DNA of 64,000 bases from Octopus vulgaris (lineage: Eukaryota): positions 45,942,001 to 46,006,000 of the forward strand of contig OX597834.1 in assembly GCA_951406725.2 (NCBI GenBank), written 5' to 3'. Below the pieces are notes generated by a model. It was not told the origin of the DNA. It saw only the letters and a list, made by a program, of their open reading frames with translations, and searched no databases. Shown here piece after piece: positions 44,834 to 58,732 of the stretch; the stretch's first letter is position 1; every line of letters starts with the position of its first letter. Both the position numbers and the translations under genes were made by a program.

Positions 44834-45108
44834 AAATGGTTCAAACTTTTTAGAGGGCACCGACGACTTTTCACCCAGGCCACATTCCTAGCGCTCCCAC
44901 CCCGACTAACCATCACATACATAGGCCTCTTTCTGAAGCAAATTCGAAGCAACTGTATTGCACAAATAAATCTTAAACTAATAAACCCATTATTTTCTTG
45001 CTTTTACATGAAACTCCCCTCCATCATCAACCCACTTTTCTTCAACACGCCCTTTGTACTTTCCACCGGCCCCACGCTCTACAATACCACCCACTTTGTG
45101 AACTTATA
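44834..45108. mobile_element. hAT (Charlie-like) MITE remnant
   Basis: 8-bp direct repeat GTCTAGGA at 44826-44833 and 45109-45116. Decayed TIRs TGGTTCAAACTTTT / CCACTTTGTGAAC. Confidence 0.6.
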
Positions 45109-45429
45109 GTCTAGGAGATTGTCTGACATTAATTGATTTATTACATTCAACTAAAATACAATTAAACGAATCCCAATGGATTTAATTCTAAATGGTTGAA
45201 GAGTACGTGCTAAATAAAATCTAAATATAAACAACTACATCAGCGTTTCTATATTTTAACCCCATGATTTTCCTCTGCTGCTCTCTATATTATACTAGGC
45301 TTAATAACATATGCATTCTGCCACGGATATAACATAACAAAGTAATTATTTTGGTTTCTATCACTGATGTAAATTTGTTTAAAATGCTTTGTCTTTTATG
45401 CTTGTAATTTATATGGTTATCGAAACATA

Positions 45430-45532
45430 CCGGTTCCTTTTAAATTGATGTAATGCTTACATTAATCAATTAAATGGAGCCGCTTGAAACGGCCGAATGT
45501 ATTGACACCTGTACATGATTGTTACTTATTTA
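45430..45532 (+). mobile_element. Decayed copy of the 43550/48658 hammerhead-bearing element
   Basis: TTTTAAATTGATGTAA..TCAATTAAAT as at 48680; GCCGCTT-GAAA-CGGCCG as at 43605; same tail. CTGANGA box lost. Confidence 0.55.
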
Positions 45533-45574
45533 CATTCTGTGTGTGTGTGCTTGTGCATGCGTATGTGAGTGTGT

Positions 45575-45785
45575 ATCTCGGTCCGTCCCCCCACCCATCG
45601 TCTGACAGTCAATGTTGGTTTGTTTAAGTCCACGTAACAAAGCGGTCCGGCAAAAGACACCGATAGATACTGGGCTTACAGATAAGAATATGTTCTGGGG
45701 TTGAATTCAACTAAAGGCAGTGTTCCAGCATGGCCGCAGTGAAACGACTGAAACAAGTGAAATTCTAAATGAATAAAAGAATAAA
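45575..45785 (+). mobile_element. SINE family B 3' half
   Basis: GCGGTCCGGCAAAAGACACCGATAGA..CCAGCATGGCCGCAGTGAAACGACTGAAACAAG. Confidence 0.85.
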
Positions 45786-46800
45786 GAATATATGTGTGTA
45801 TGTATATATACAAACATATATGTATATATATATATATATATATACAAACACATATGTATATATATACACAGACACCCACACACAAACATGCATGAAGTAT
45901 GTATGTACGTGAGTATTTTTCCATTTATGAGTATGTATCTATGCGTATCGCTTGCCTACGTGTGTGTGTCTGTATGTTTGTATGTATGTGTGAATATATG
46001 TTTATGCTAATGTATTATATATACAAATTACTGTAAAAGATAACTGTTAATACACACATCGTTCAATAAGATCGATTTTCAATCACATGGACATGGCTAT
46101 AAACCAACTTCACTGCAAAATATTTCTTTCGGCGTCGAGTAAAATCTAGTTCGTTTCTAATGAGTTGCGTTTCGGGTAGGTTAACCCTGTGGAATAGCGT
46201 CGGAATGTGTGTAATTAGGAAATTATATATTGTGTCACGCAGAAATTACTCAAGGTTTGCATTATAAAAGTACAAATGTTTTGTTGCCTTTTATTTTTTA
46301 TTTTTATTATTTTTTGTCTTTTTTCTTTGGAACAGCAAGCCACTTACATCATAAAAACATTGAGAAAGTGGTTCATATAATCGAACAGAACTCGATCATT
46401 CAAGGCTACAAATCGATGTCAGTTCCATTTGCTGTAATAACTTTCGATTATGCGTGTGCGCGTGTGTACATATGTGTGTGAGTCTATGTTGAAAAAAACT
46501 GTCTATATTTCTGTGTGTGTGAGTGAAATTGTGGAAGGGAAACATCAAGTACGTGCCTATAGCATTTACCTGCTGATGCCAGTATGGATGCGTGGATGCA
46601 TGCATGGGTGTATGGTATCACTTCCTGACTGGTTTTCGCCGTGATTTTCGATTCCTCTTTCAATTTTTTCTTACATTAGCATAATTTTACTGCCTCGTGC
46701 ATATTCATGAATGCACACAGTGTCATTCATCCTAATGTTCATTCTAATACAATGCACTAAGCGCAACTTTATATATATATATATATATATATATTTATTC

Positions 46801-46856
46801 TAGCAAAAACTGTCTGATGAACGGCAACGAGAAACTCAGAGTAACAGATTTTGTTA
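46801..46856 (+). ncRNA. Minimal type-I hammerhead ribozyme in an approximately 85-bp insert within (TA)n
   Basis: Helix I TAGCAAAA-A-CTGT/ACAG-A-TTTTGTTA; core CTGATGA 46814-46820; helix II CG-GCAA-CG (GNRA loop, closing pair A.A mismatch); GAAA 46831-46834; helix III ACTC-A-GAGT; cleavage triplet GTA 46841-46843. Confidence 0.75.
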
Positions 46857-46886
46857 AATTTTCTGCTGCTTAAAATAAAGTATATA

Positions 46887-47015
<129 letters not shown>

Positions 47016-47121
47016 AGAGAGAGATACATATATGTGTATATTTATATATATATATCATAAGGAGAGAGATACATATATATACATATGTATATAAGCACAT
47101 ATATACATACTCATATATATG

Positions 47122-47193
<72 letters not shown>

Positions 47194-47459
47194 AATATAT
47201 GTCTGTGTATGTGCGTTTTTGTGTTATTTCCTGAGTTTTCGTCTGTTACTGGCGAATTTAGAGCATTTGATCTTTTTCAAAGGTATGAAATGTTCTGCTG
47301 CAGAACCGTCTTGGATCTGCATCAAAGTGGAACGCGACTATGCTTTGGCATCGCCATTTAGCAATAATTCTTTCTCATTGTAGAATCATTTCTCAATCTT
47401 TTCCACGGAATCGTTCCGTGTGATGTAGTGAGTTGTACAGAACTGACATTCTTTCTGTT

Positions 47460-48070
47460 CCCAGCTGTAATCTGAGTTTATCTGCTATATTGGATAAATG
47501 TTTAACTAATTGCCCTTTAAACACAACCACATGTACACCTTGTACATCTCTGAGCGATTTGGTAATATATTAAATATTTACGGTCTTTGAATCCCAAACC
47601 GTTGGAGTATTGGTTTCTTAATCTAAACCGGGATGTTTGGCGCTATGCAATGGCGTCTAGTCTAGTGATTAATATAGCCTTCCATTCTAAATTTGTGTGC
47701 CGGATCCTCCGGGATCTTCCATATACAAATTGCTGCATACCTTTCTCAGTATCCCTCTAGGTACTAGAACTTCGATCTTTGAGCCTCTACCAGCAGTCCA
47801 TCTGATTCACTGAGGCATCTTTGTGCAGCGGCATTCACTTGCCTCAAGTTCTGTGGTATATTTGACGCTTTGCGGCGAACGTATTTGTGAATAGTATGTT
47901 AAGTGCTCAGTAATCTATGTGGCTTAACACAAATTTTCTGAAAATGGCAACATGGTTTCTTCTCTTCGTGTTCTGACTGATCTCAGAATTCAACTATTCA
48001 GGCCCCAGCGCACTGATGCCTTCATATTACTACGAATACAAAGCAACGCAGAGGGTCTTGCACATTCCGA
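47460..48070 (-). mobile_element. Degenerate CR1/L2-group LINE, ORF2 C-terminus
   Basis: Frameshifted pieces ILRSVRTR.RETML, KFVLSHIDY, YSQIRSP..ELE, ERYAAICIWKI, IFNILPKSLRDVQGVHVVVFKGQL..LSNIADK match the CR1/L2 'LDYCSQLWSP..ERY..IWKI..LFNILP..LR..FK..LD' pattern. Confidence 0.72.
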
Positions 48071-48312
48071 TTGCATATGCACAACCTGTCCATAAATTAC
48101 CTTTACAATTTGAAAAAAAAATCGAAAATAGATGAAAAATAAGAACTCAGCAGAGTTTACTGAAAACACACAGCCAACCAAATAAGGGTTTTATTGGAAT
48201 CATCAGAAAACCTGTACCTGGCTGCATTATTTGCAAAGAGAGTAACTGATGGATCTCAAATTTGACAGATGAAATAAACTGTGAAAGTTATAAAGATAAT
48301 TTATGAGCATGT

Positions 48313-48367
<55 letters not shown>

Positions 48368-48657
48368 GATGAATTTGGTCCTCTAGGATACACTCTAGGA
48401 TACACCCTTGTTTCTCTTAGATTTGATAAACTAAATTAAAACTGATCTCCCACCACTAGTAAATCTAAATAACAGAACTTATCAGTGATAAGCAGTGTCT
48501 TTTTCGAAAAAAATTCAATTACAACTGTGTTGTTGTTGATATATAAGTGTGCGTATGTGTGTGTGTTTTTGTCTATCTACTTATCCTCTTGATGATTTTG
48601 GATAAAAAGAACATTATAGAAATGAGTCCTTCGAATTCAACTAAATTCTATATTTTT

Positions 48658-48785
48658 ATGCACCTGAAGATTGTTCAACATTTTAAATTGATGTAAAGTT
48701 TGCGTTGTTCAATTAAATCGAGTAACATGAAACGATCGTACTGCATTACCTCTGGATGTCCTTGTTGCTTATTTTAATTATAATC
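48658..48785 (+). ncRNA. Minimal type-I hammerhead motif with long loop II plus PLE-like tail
   Basis: ATGCAC-CTGAAGA(48664-70)-tTGTT..AACAt-GAAA(48729-32)-CGATCG-TA-CTGCAT. Palindromic helix III ACGATCGT. Confidence 0.65.
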
Positions 48786-48869
48786 ACCTTATTTTAAATT
48801 CTATGGGTAATACCATACTAAATTCTGGTGCCTCAACGTAAGTACCATATATGTATATATATATATATA

Positions 48870-49033
48870 TATACGATGGGCTTCTTTCAGATTCTGTCAA
48901 ACAATTCCTTTCACAAGGCTTTGATAGGCCCGATGCTATAGTAGAAGACATGGCAAAGGTGTCGAGCAGAGGAAGTGAACCCAGAACCATGTAGTTGGGA
49001 AGCAGACTTTTTACCACACAACTACGCCTGCGA
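48870..49033 (-). mobile_element. SINE family B 5' part
   Basis: ACGATGGGCTTCTTTCAG..CACAAGGCTTTG..TTTTACCACACAACTACGCCTGCG. Confidence 0.85.
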
Positions 49034-49560
49034 CTATATGTTTGTGTGAGTGTATGTGTCTTTGTGTGTGTGCGTGTAAGAAAGAGAGTGCGCGCGCGAT
49101 GGCCTGCTTGTTTGTGTGTCTCAGGTAAATTCCATAAACTAAAAAAGTGTGCCAGTGCTTGAAAGCATTCGAATTGGAACGGCCACGTGCCGGATCACGC
49201 TGATCTTGTCCAAGGTTTATGTTAAAAGTACAGCTGAATGTTATACTTTTAAAGTTACTAAACCACTTAAGTCATAAATCTATGAAGACATTTGGTTGGT
49301 GAAACTGAACGATTTTATTATTCACTTATAGAAATCGATATCACATCCATCTATTCACATATTTTAGAAAATGCATGCCTCTGCTGTCTGTATGTGAATT
49401 GAATGAGTCTGCACGTGTATGCAAGTGTGTGTGGAAGGAACTGCCGACAGTGCTGCTGTAATGTTCTGTTTTTACGTACGTAAATGTATGTGGGTGAGTG
49501 TGAGCGTATGTATCTAGAGAAGAAAGTGCCAAGTGTGTACTTCTAGTTGTTCAGTGTATT

Positions 49561-49610
<50 letters not shown>

Positions 49611-49873
49611 TATGTGTTTGCATATGTGTGTGCGGGGATGCTTTGAGTTACTCTAATATTTTTGTGTATTCTGTTTTTGTATACATTAACATAATTTCAG
49701 TGCATTATGAATATTCATGAGAGCACACGCACAGTAAGCTAGTCAATTCATCTTCATGCTGTCAGTGTAAAGAGGAAACTTGTATACATAGATTTCTATA
49801 AGTGTGTACGTGGGTCTTTGTATACATATATAGATAGACAGAGATTGATAGATAGATAGATAGATAGATAGAC

Positions 49874-49940
<67 letters not shown>

Positions 49941-50035
49941 CAGATATGTGTATATATATACATACAAATATATATAGATAGATATGAAATTATATATATG
50001 GGTATATATATATATATATATTTCTTTATATATAA

Positions 50036-50083
<48 letters not shown>

Positions 50084-51270
50084 GTATATATGCGTGCATG
50101 TGTTGTGTGTGAGCATCTAGTTATGTGTTTGACATATATATGTGCGCGTGTTTGCTTGTATAAACATATTTATAAAGAGATAAAAGAAGTTGAAAGGCAG
50201 ACAGATTGCTGGTTATATACACATGCATACATTCCACATGTATATACTTATACACACATATGTATGCATGCAATCAATTTAGTTCAGAGAATTCATGTAA
50301 TATTTTAACTTTACCCATATAAAAAACAAGTTCTGACGGGTGGATTATCTGTCACGGTTTCTTCAATGAAATTCCAAATAATTGTTAACCTTCTACCCCC
50401 GCACCCATTTATCCTTCACTGAAACCATTGACATCTCTCACTTCCATTGTCGATTAAGTTATATTTAATGCGTAATACAATAATTCATTTCAGGATTAAA
50501 TCCTACAGTGACACTTGTAATTGCCAAAAGTATAGAACATGATGATATAAATTCTCACTGTTCTGTATGCTGTATAAAGTTAATGACTTTTAGACACCTC
50601 TCTAAAACTATCAGCTGATGCCTTCTGTAATGTAAAAAGCAGCAGCCATTAATATTCTGCAAAGAATTTTATTTTGTTTTTTTTTTTCAGTTAGTGTGAA
50701 ATTGCGTTGCATGCATCACGCATGCAAGAAAAACTGTTGCTGTACGTGTTTGAACTTGAACCTTCAGTCCCTCTGTTTGTAATGTATGTGTTTCAACGTG
50801 GTCTTTCAATTGAATATTCATTGGCATTGCGTCAGCCATGGCGAAGTCTGTGGAGAATAGTTCTATGGACAAAGCTATGATTAATTTGCATATTACTTGC
50901 TGCGACTTGAATAATCATGTCTCTGATGAAATGAGCCATAAAGCAAATTTTACAAATATCGTGATATGAATTGGTACATGTCCGGGTCTCTGGTTCCATT
51001 TTGATGTGTGATATTTGTGTGACCATGTTGAATTTTGAAGGTCAAAAAAATGAACGAGTGGTGGATAGGTTAATGATATAGCAACGACAGGTTGGTTGGT
51101 GTTTTCGATTCAACACTACACAGTAGAAGATAGAGAGAAAGACAGAGAAAGAGAAAGAACGTGATTCATGGACAAAGAATATTCCAGTCAAGAGGAGAAA
51201 TTTTCAGATAATTAAAAACTACAGCTTTCACGTGTTTACAGACATTGCACACTTTGCACTACGCGTTTGA

Positions 51271-51352
51271 GACTCTGATGAAACTGTAAGATGTTGTTCA
51301 AACAATCAATTATGCGTTCACAACATCTTATAGTGGAAACAGCTGTAAGCTA
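51271..51352 (+). ncRNA. Minimal type-I hammerhead motif with 15-bp helix II
   Basis: CTGATGA 51275-51281; ACTGTAAGATGTTGT/ACAACATCTTATAGT stem; GAAA 51336-51339; palindromic ACAGCTGT; GTA 51345-51347. Helix I is weak (GACT/AGCT). Confidence 0.7.
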
Positions 51353-51398
51353 ATGAAGTTCATTAGATAATTGTTTATTGATTTGATCTTTTTTTCAT

Positions 51399-51446
<48 letters not shown>

Positions 51447-51562
51447 TCACACATATATATATATATATGTATATATATTTGTGTATGTGCCTGTATGTGT
51501 GTATATGTAAGCGCACATATACATAACTACGTATTTTATAAGCATATATATATATATATATA

Positions 51563-51925
51563 TGGCTGTGTGGTAAGTAGCTTGCTTACAAACTACAAGG
51601 TTCCGGGTTCAATACCACTGCATGGCAACTTGGGCAAGTGTCTTCTACTATAGCCTCGGGTCGACCAAAGCCTTGTGAATAGGTTTGGTAGACGGAAACC
51701 GAAAGAAGCCCGTCATATGTGTGTGTGTGTTTGTCCTCCACTAGCGCTTCACAACCGATGCTGGCGTGTTTACGTTCTCGTAAATTAGCAGTTCGGCCAA
51801 AGAGATCGATGGGATATATACTAGGCTTACAAAGGATAAGTCCTGGGTTCGACTTGTTCGACTAAAACGGCGATGCTCCAGCATGGCCGCAATCAAATGA
51901 CTGAAAGAATTAAAAGAATAAAAGA
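51563..51925 (+). mobile_element. SINE family B, near full length
   Basis: GGCTGTGTGGTAAGTAGCTTGCTTAC through CAGCATGGCCGCAATCAAATGACTGAAAG. Confidence 0.92.
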
Positions 51926-52785
51926 ATTCACACATATACTAACTACAAATACATGTTTATATACATCATCATTATTATCAGGATCTTCAGCGTCATCAAT
52001 GTTTTCATCACCATCGGCAGCATCACACGAAAGATCACATTTACAACTGCAGTAACGAAAATATTTAAACTAGATATTCAAAATCGACAGTGGTAACAAC
52101 CGGAAGCACCACACACACACTCACATTACAGATCACCACACCACAACCCCGCTAAGAACAACTATATCAACAACACCCCCGTCGTTACAACCATTATTAA
52201 TACCAAACACAAAACCCGCCATCATTACCACACCATCGCCATTAATAAAACCCAACGCCACTAATATGACCACGCTATTTTCCAAAAACACGGCCACAAC
52301 CGCTACAAACATTATCATCACCATCATCATCATCATCATCATCATCATTATCATTGTTATCATCATCATTATCATTACGACGACGAAAGACATCACTCCC
52401 ATCATCGCCATGAATAAAAGTGTCACGCCTTATTCAAATAACATCATTATTCTGACTATGATAATGAGCTCCGACCGAACCTCGTCGATTACGCCCACAT
52501 CACCAGCAGTCAACACAGTGTCAGCTCTATTGGCTCGACTTAATTTCTTACGAAATACAATCAGGTAAAAAAAGCATTTATTGTTTTATGAAAAATGCTG
52601 AAGTCAAGCTAACAAGACAAGGACCTATATTGATGTGCGTCCATATGTGTGTGTGTGCGTGTTTGTGTATAGGTGTGTATGTATATATATGTCTGTCTGT
52701 GTGTATAAATATTAATACATGTATATATACACACACATAGATATAACAAATATATACATATACACACACACATACACACACAAAC

Positions 52786-52848
<63 letters not shown>

Positions 52849-52996
52849 CATATATATATATACACATACATACAGAGATATTTATGTATGTGTAGGCATG
52901 TGTGTATATTGACAGAAACGCATGCGTATCGGTGTGTTTGCACTAATATATAAGTGGAAGTCTATATTTACGCTCATATCTGTGTATGCACATAAA

Positions 52997-53055
<59 letters not shown>

Positions 53056-53215
53056 TTACATGCATATGTATGTATGTAAATTTACATACATTTACATACA
53101 TATGTGTTTATCTATGCACACACACAACACACATATACATACGTAAATATATATATATGTATGTAAACACATATATATGTATGTAAATACATATATATGT
53201 ATGTAAATATATATA

Positions 53216-53272
<57 letters not shown>

Positions 53273-53791
53273 CAGGAATTGTGTCACAAAGAGAGAAGTG
53301 AATGGGTAGTAGAAGAAACGCTAGGATACATACACATACATTCATACATACAGGCAATAATACAGTCTCGCAAACACGCAAATACACAGTACGACACACA
53401 TACCGACAGAGAGTCAGCAGCTCGAAATACAGACAAATAGAAATACAGAGAGACAGAGAGATAGATAGAAAGAAAAACAGAGAATGAGAGAGAAAGAAAG
53501 AAGGAGGAAGATGACAGTATGGTGAACGGATATTGATAAACCAACACAATCTGATATTAATCAATACTGCATTAAAAAAGAAACGATGTGTTTTTCTTCT
53601 TCATCGGAAACTAACAAATAACAGAAAAATATAAACGATGATGACAATATCACATTGTTCATCGTAGGATATTAATAATATTGGCATAGGCTTGACTGAT
53701 ATGTCAATATCCCCCTTGTAGGATATTGCTAGTCGTTGATATGATTGGAAATTAACCAAGACACAATAAACACAGGAAGAATATACGTATA

Positions 53792-53878
<87 letters not shown>

Positions 53879-54313
53879 TTGTGTGTGCGTGTGTTTGCAC
53901 ATGTATTTATGTGCGTATATATGTATATGTATACACACACACATATATTCCATCATGCTATATATTCCATCATATGCTTATATATATATATTAATATTCG
54001 CTTATATGCTTATATACTTAAATGCATTTTCATACTTGTATTGATACATGTGCGTGTATATCCGTGTATGTATGTTTGTGTGTATGTGCGTGTGTGTGCG
54101 TGTGTGTATAATTAATATTAAGATTCAATACGAAGTTTGGTACTTCAACAGGCAGACGCCAGAAAGGGCCAGGCACATTAACCTAAGGTTCACAATGATG
54201 CAAGCAAAAACGAGGTTATCAAGTGTTGGTAAAATACTATAGATATGTAACTTCCAAATCCAAGTAAAATGAAATCCAAGGTAAAACAGTATGGTTCCGA
54301 ATGTGGCGTATGA

Positions 54314-54354
<41 letters not shown>

Positions 54355-54415
54355 TGCTCAGGATTTAGTGCTTGCTTTTTCCATGGGTATGAGTAAGTAT
54401 TTCACTTATATCTCG

Positions 54416-54477
54416 CGTATTTGCCGCTGAAGAGGTGGAAATTTCTTATTAATTAACCCCGAAATTGGACCAATACG
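54416..54477 (+). ncRNA. Decayed hammerhead-like motif between (TA)n tracts
   Basis: CGTATT..CTGAAGA(54427-33)-GGTGG..CCCC-GAAA(54461-64)..AATACG. Cleavage region is disrupted. Confidence 0.4.
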
Positions 54478-54610
54478 GTAATAACGAATTTAATAGAGAT
54501 TTCTATCGGTTTGTTTCGAGACGCATAAATTATAATGGTTATTGAAAAGTTTTGTCTTTTTTCCGGCATATTTGGCATTAGAATTTTTCTTTTGCCCTTA
54601 TCTTGAAAAT

Positions 54611-54685
<75 letters not shown>

Positions 54686-54689
<4 letters not shown>

Positions 54690-54860
54690 ATCCAAACAAG
54701 AAAGAACAAAAAACAGAACAACGCGAGGACGTGGAGCAAATATAGTATTATTGGACGCTCAGGAAAGAAAGAACGAAGGAGGGCTTAACGTTTCGAGCGG
54801 AGCTCTTCGTCGGAAAAATAGGAGAAGGAAAGATCCAGAGAAGGGAAGACAGGGAAGACG
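54686..54860 (-). mobile_element. Penelope-like 3' end with hammerhead-like core, terminating in (TA)n
   Basis: Minus strand CCGACGAA-GAGC-TCC-GCTC-GAAA-CGTTA (54813->54786), then a T-rich tail running into (TA)n. Helix I is not evident. Confidence 0.55.
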
Positions 54861-55540
54861 CGGTATGCATAAATACGCACACTAGTACACATGCGCAGAC
54901 AAGCATGCTTACTTACACTCTTGTGCTTTGAAATGGAAACACCCAGGATTCGACTGATGCAATCCCCCATTTCTACTCTGATTTTGATATATATATATGC
55001 ATAATTCCTTCTTATCAGTCTCATATCACTCTCCATCTCAGCATTTAGATAGATTCTCTGCTGCGAATCAACAGCTACGATATTTTGTGCAACTATTGTC
55101 TACCAATAATATTTTGAGATACCGACGAAAGAAGATAATTTTTGCACAAATCATCTGAAATAACTTCAAGAAACTCGCGTATTAAATTCATTCAAAATAT
55201 CATCCTTTGGTTTTGTGAGTATTCTTATACAGATATATATAGGATTCCATGCACCCTACAGTTGAGGTTAAAGCTGAAAGCAGATTACCATCATCCAGTC
55301 ACCTTTTGGTAAAGTGGTGTGAACACATTTATATTTAGCAGAATTATTGATTATGTTGTGCACCTTGTATTTATTGTACTTTTATCTATGTGTGTGTGTG
55401 TGTATGTGTGTAAGTGAATGCTCAGGTAAGTCTGTGTTTTTCTGCGTTGTCTGTGCATATCAGTGTTTATGTCCGTGCGTGAGTGTGTGTGTTTCTATAT
55501 TTCTATATTTCTATTGTATCTGTGTTTGAGTCTGCGTCTT

Positions 55541-55611
<71 letters not shown>

Positions 55612-56337
55612 ATGAGTGTGTGTGTGTGTATGTATATATATATACACTCATATACACACACACTCACATACACACATATATATATATATCGTTCTTATTC
55701 ACCAGACGAACAGCTAGGATACTCATCGTGGAAACCGACGTTATCTTACGATACGTGTGCAATTGTGTGTGTATTTGTGTGTGTGCGGTTGTGTGTTTGT
55801 TATACTAGTGTGTGTGTGTGTATGCAAGTGAATGGGCAAAAATAGTCCGTTTTTCTAAGGTAAATTGAGAGAACTAATAAGTTCGTATGACGTAGAAAAT
55901 CCCACGTGTATGTACACACGCACCCTCACACACACCCGAATACATCCCAGCATGCACATATGCGTACACTACACACACAGACACACACACACACATGCAC
56001 GCACACATACAGTCTAATCAGACTATCACCATATTTATTTCTAGACACCAAAGATGGAAATGTCTGACAGATAGTTGAAGCGTGGCAACAGAATAATTTG
56101 GGACAGACTTAAGGGAAATGGTGCAACGGGAACAACCGAAGCGAAGAGAGGTCATGGCACTTCCACAGTAAATCAATGGTTGCTTAAAGATTGTATTCTC
56201 GGTTTACTCACAGACGGCGGTAATATTTCATGAAACTTGGAACTTGCCAGAAAATGTTCACTAAGATTAATAGGTTCTCCAGAGTTCGCTTGTCGACCAG
56301 ACTGGTGTTAAATATTTTATAATATATATATGTATAT

Positions 56338-56396
<59 letters not shown>

Positions 56397-56426
56397 TAAT
56401 AATAATTATAATAATAATAATAATAA

Positions 56427-56457
<31 letters not shown>

Positions 56458-57433
56458 AAGAAGAAGACGAAGAAGAAGAAGAAGAAGAAGAAGAAGAAGA
56501 AGAAGAAGAAGAATGATATATATATATATATATGAACATATATACTTAAATTCATACAATCTTACATACATACGTACGCACGTAGGAACATCCATCCATC
56601 CATGCATCCATACACACATACATACATACATACATACATACATACATACATACATACATACATACTTATGTACGTACATAACTCTGTGTGTGTGTTTGTG
56701 TGTAGAGGAGTGTTGAGATAAGTTTGACTATTATTCATGTCTCCTTTTTTTTAGAACCGCTTAATGAATTGGTGAACAGTCAACCGCGTTGCTGAGCATA
56801 AACTTTAAAGTGCAGGTTGAGATATAGGTTGCTGAGATGGACGACAAGAAGCCATCTGAATATCGGAACAGAGTTATTGGGATTATTATGATTCGCGGCT
56901 GGAATCGAAACGACAACCTCATGACTGATGTTCACTTCTCTGTGACATGGACAGCTGCAACGGAGAAGATAAAGCCCTAGCCAGCATGAAATGGCACTTC
57001 AAATAACGACCCATTTGATAAGGATACATAAGGCACGTGCATCACAACCATTTGTGCACGACATGATAAAGTTTTTTTCAGATTGAGTGGCTCATCCATT
57101 AAAAAGATCCCTGAATAAGGTTTATTTAAGGATTTACGGATGAACGAAACACCCATGTTTCCAATGATGAATTATCCAAACCCCAAAGAATTCCTCTCAA
57201 CACATGGCTATAATGCTCTCCCACTACTTCTGCTCGTGAACAGAGATGCACATATCGTCAGCCACTAAGGGACATGGTCAACTGGTTAAGTTCAAACAAC
57301 TGACAAGCAAATCTGTGGTATTGAGCAGAATATTTGCTGTAGCCCATGTTTTATACCAAGACAAAACAATGTATATGATAACACTTCCAATCAGTTAAGA
57401 TCAGAAGCCATGAGAGCCACTACCTGGTACTAC

Positions 57434-58732
57434 ATTATTATTATATGTTTGACTTTTGCTTTGTATTCGTACAAGTTGATTCCAAGTTTTACCCAGAGAC
57501 TTCAAGAGGCAACAAGCTAGAAGTTCAAGTTGGTGTTATGCCTATGGTGTCATACATTTAGTTTTGTACGTAGTAATGTTCTAGAGAATGTTTAAGAAAT
57601 CATAAGAAAATCATAAGTCTGTTTTAAAATTTGAGATTACATTAACAGTATTTTACATTAACAGGTATTGTTTTAGTCTTGAGGTTCCACATTTTGCCAA
57701 TCTCTATTTCAAGATCGTTATACTTGCTCAGTTTTTGGTAGGTCTTCACAGATACATTTATGCTGACTAGGACAGTCATCTGAATGAGGAGGCATTACTT
57801 TTGTCTGAAGTCTTTCAATTTTATGCCTGGCCTATTCGCATCTAGCATTCTGTCAGTTTGAACGGGGAAGATCTAGAGGAGTAAGATGTGATCATTTCCA
57901 AGCACCGGAAGTGATTAGTGTTTCCACCAGTTTTTTATCATGGAGCAGGTCCATCCTTTTGCAAATTACCCAGTGAATATGCTGTGCAGCTCTACGATGC
58001 CTGTTGAGATACTGTGTATAAGCATCTGGAGACAGCATGATCAATGGCTTTATTTTGTTGTTTACACAGCCGACATCTTGTGCTACAGTCGTTCTTTAAT
58101 ATGTTGGCCAGGTAGCTCCTTGTAGGTACGCATTGATCTTGGGCAGCTATGATAAACCCTTCTGATTTTAAGCGAGAAGATACTAACCATTGATGGGTAA
58201 GGGCTTTGCCAACATCGGCATTATTCGCTCTCTTTGGGTATTTGCCATTGAGAGGTTTTTTTTGCCATTTATCAGTAAGAGTATCTAAGGCAGCAGTTTT
58301 AGCACGGGTTTTCATACGCTTAGCTTTTTCTGTGCGTGTTTTCAGTACGTCTAATTCTGGGATTTCTTGTATTTGGAATTCACTTAGATATTGCTTTGCC
58401 TCTTTTGTTACTGAGTATGATGCTTTCTTGTTTTCATTCTTTGAGACAAGTTTTAACATCTAGTCATCAGTTTTTCAGGTAAGCATTTAGGCCAATTGTG
58501 GAAATCTTCATTGGTAATTCCAGTTGTAAAAGTCCACAGCCAGCCTCTTTTCTTGGCAGATAAAGTCGTTCTATATCTGCCTTAGGGTGGTGCATTCTAT
58601 CCATTGTCAGCAGTTTTCGTATTTTTCTGTCAAGATTACATATTTCAGTAATTGACCAGTTAACGATATTGAAACTGTAAGTCACGACAGGTATGGCCAA
58701 AGCATTGATCGCTTCGATCCTGTTTCTCGCAT
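57434..58732 (-). mobile_element. 5'-truncated R4/Dong-clade LINE: RT C-terminus, CCHC knuckle, restriction-like endonuclease, 3' UTR
   Basis: ARNRIEAINALAIPVVTYSF..LDRKIRKLLT..HHPKADIERLYLPRKEAGCGL; EGFIIAAQDQ..TR..CRLC..IDHAVSRC; QTDRMLDANRPGI..CLLIQM..KLSKYNDLEIEIGKMW. Has stops and frameshifts; both ends lie in (TAA)n. Confidence 0.92.
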
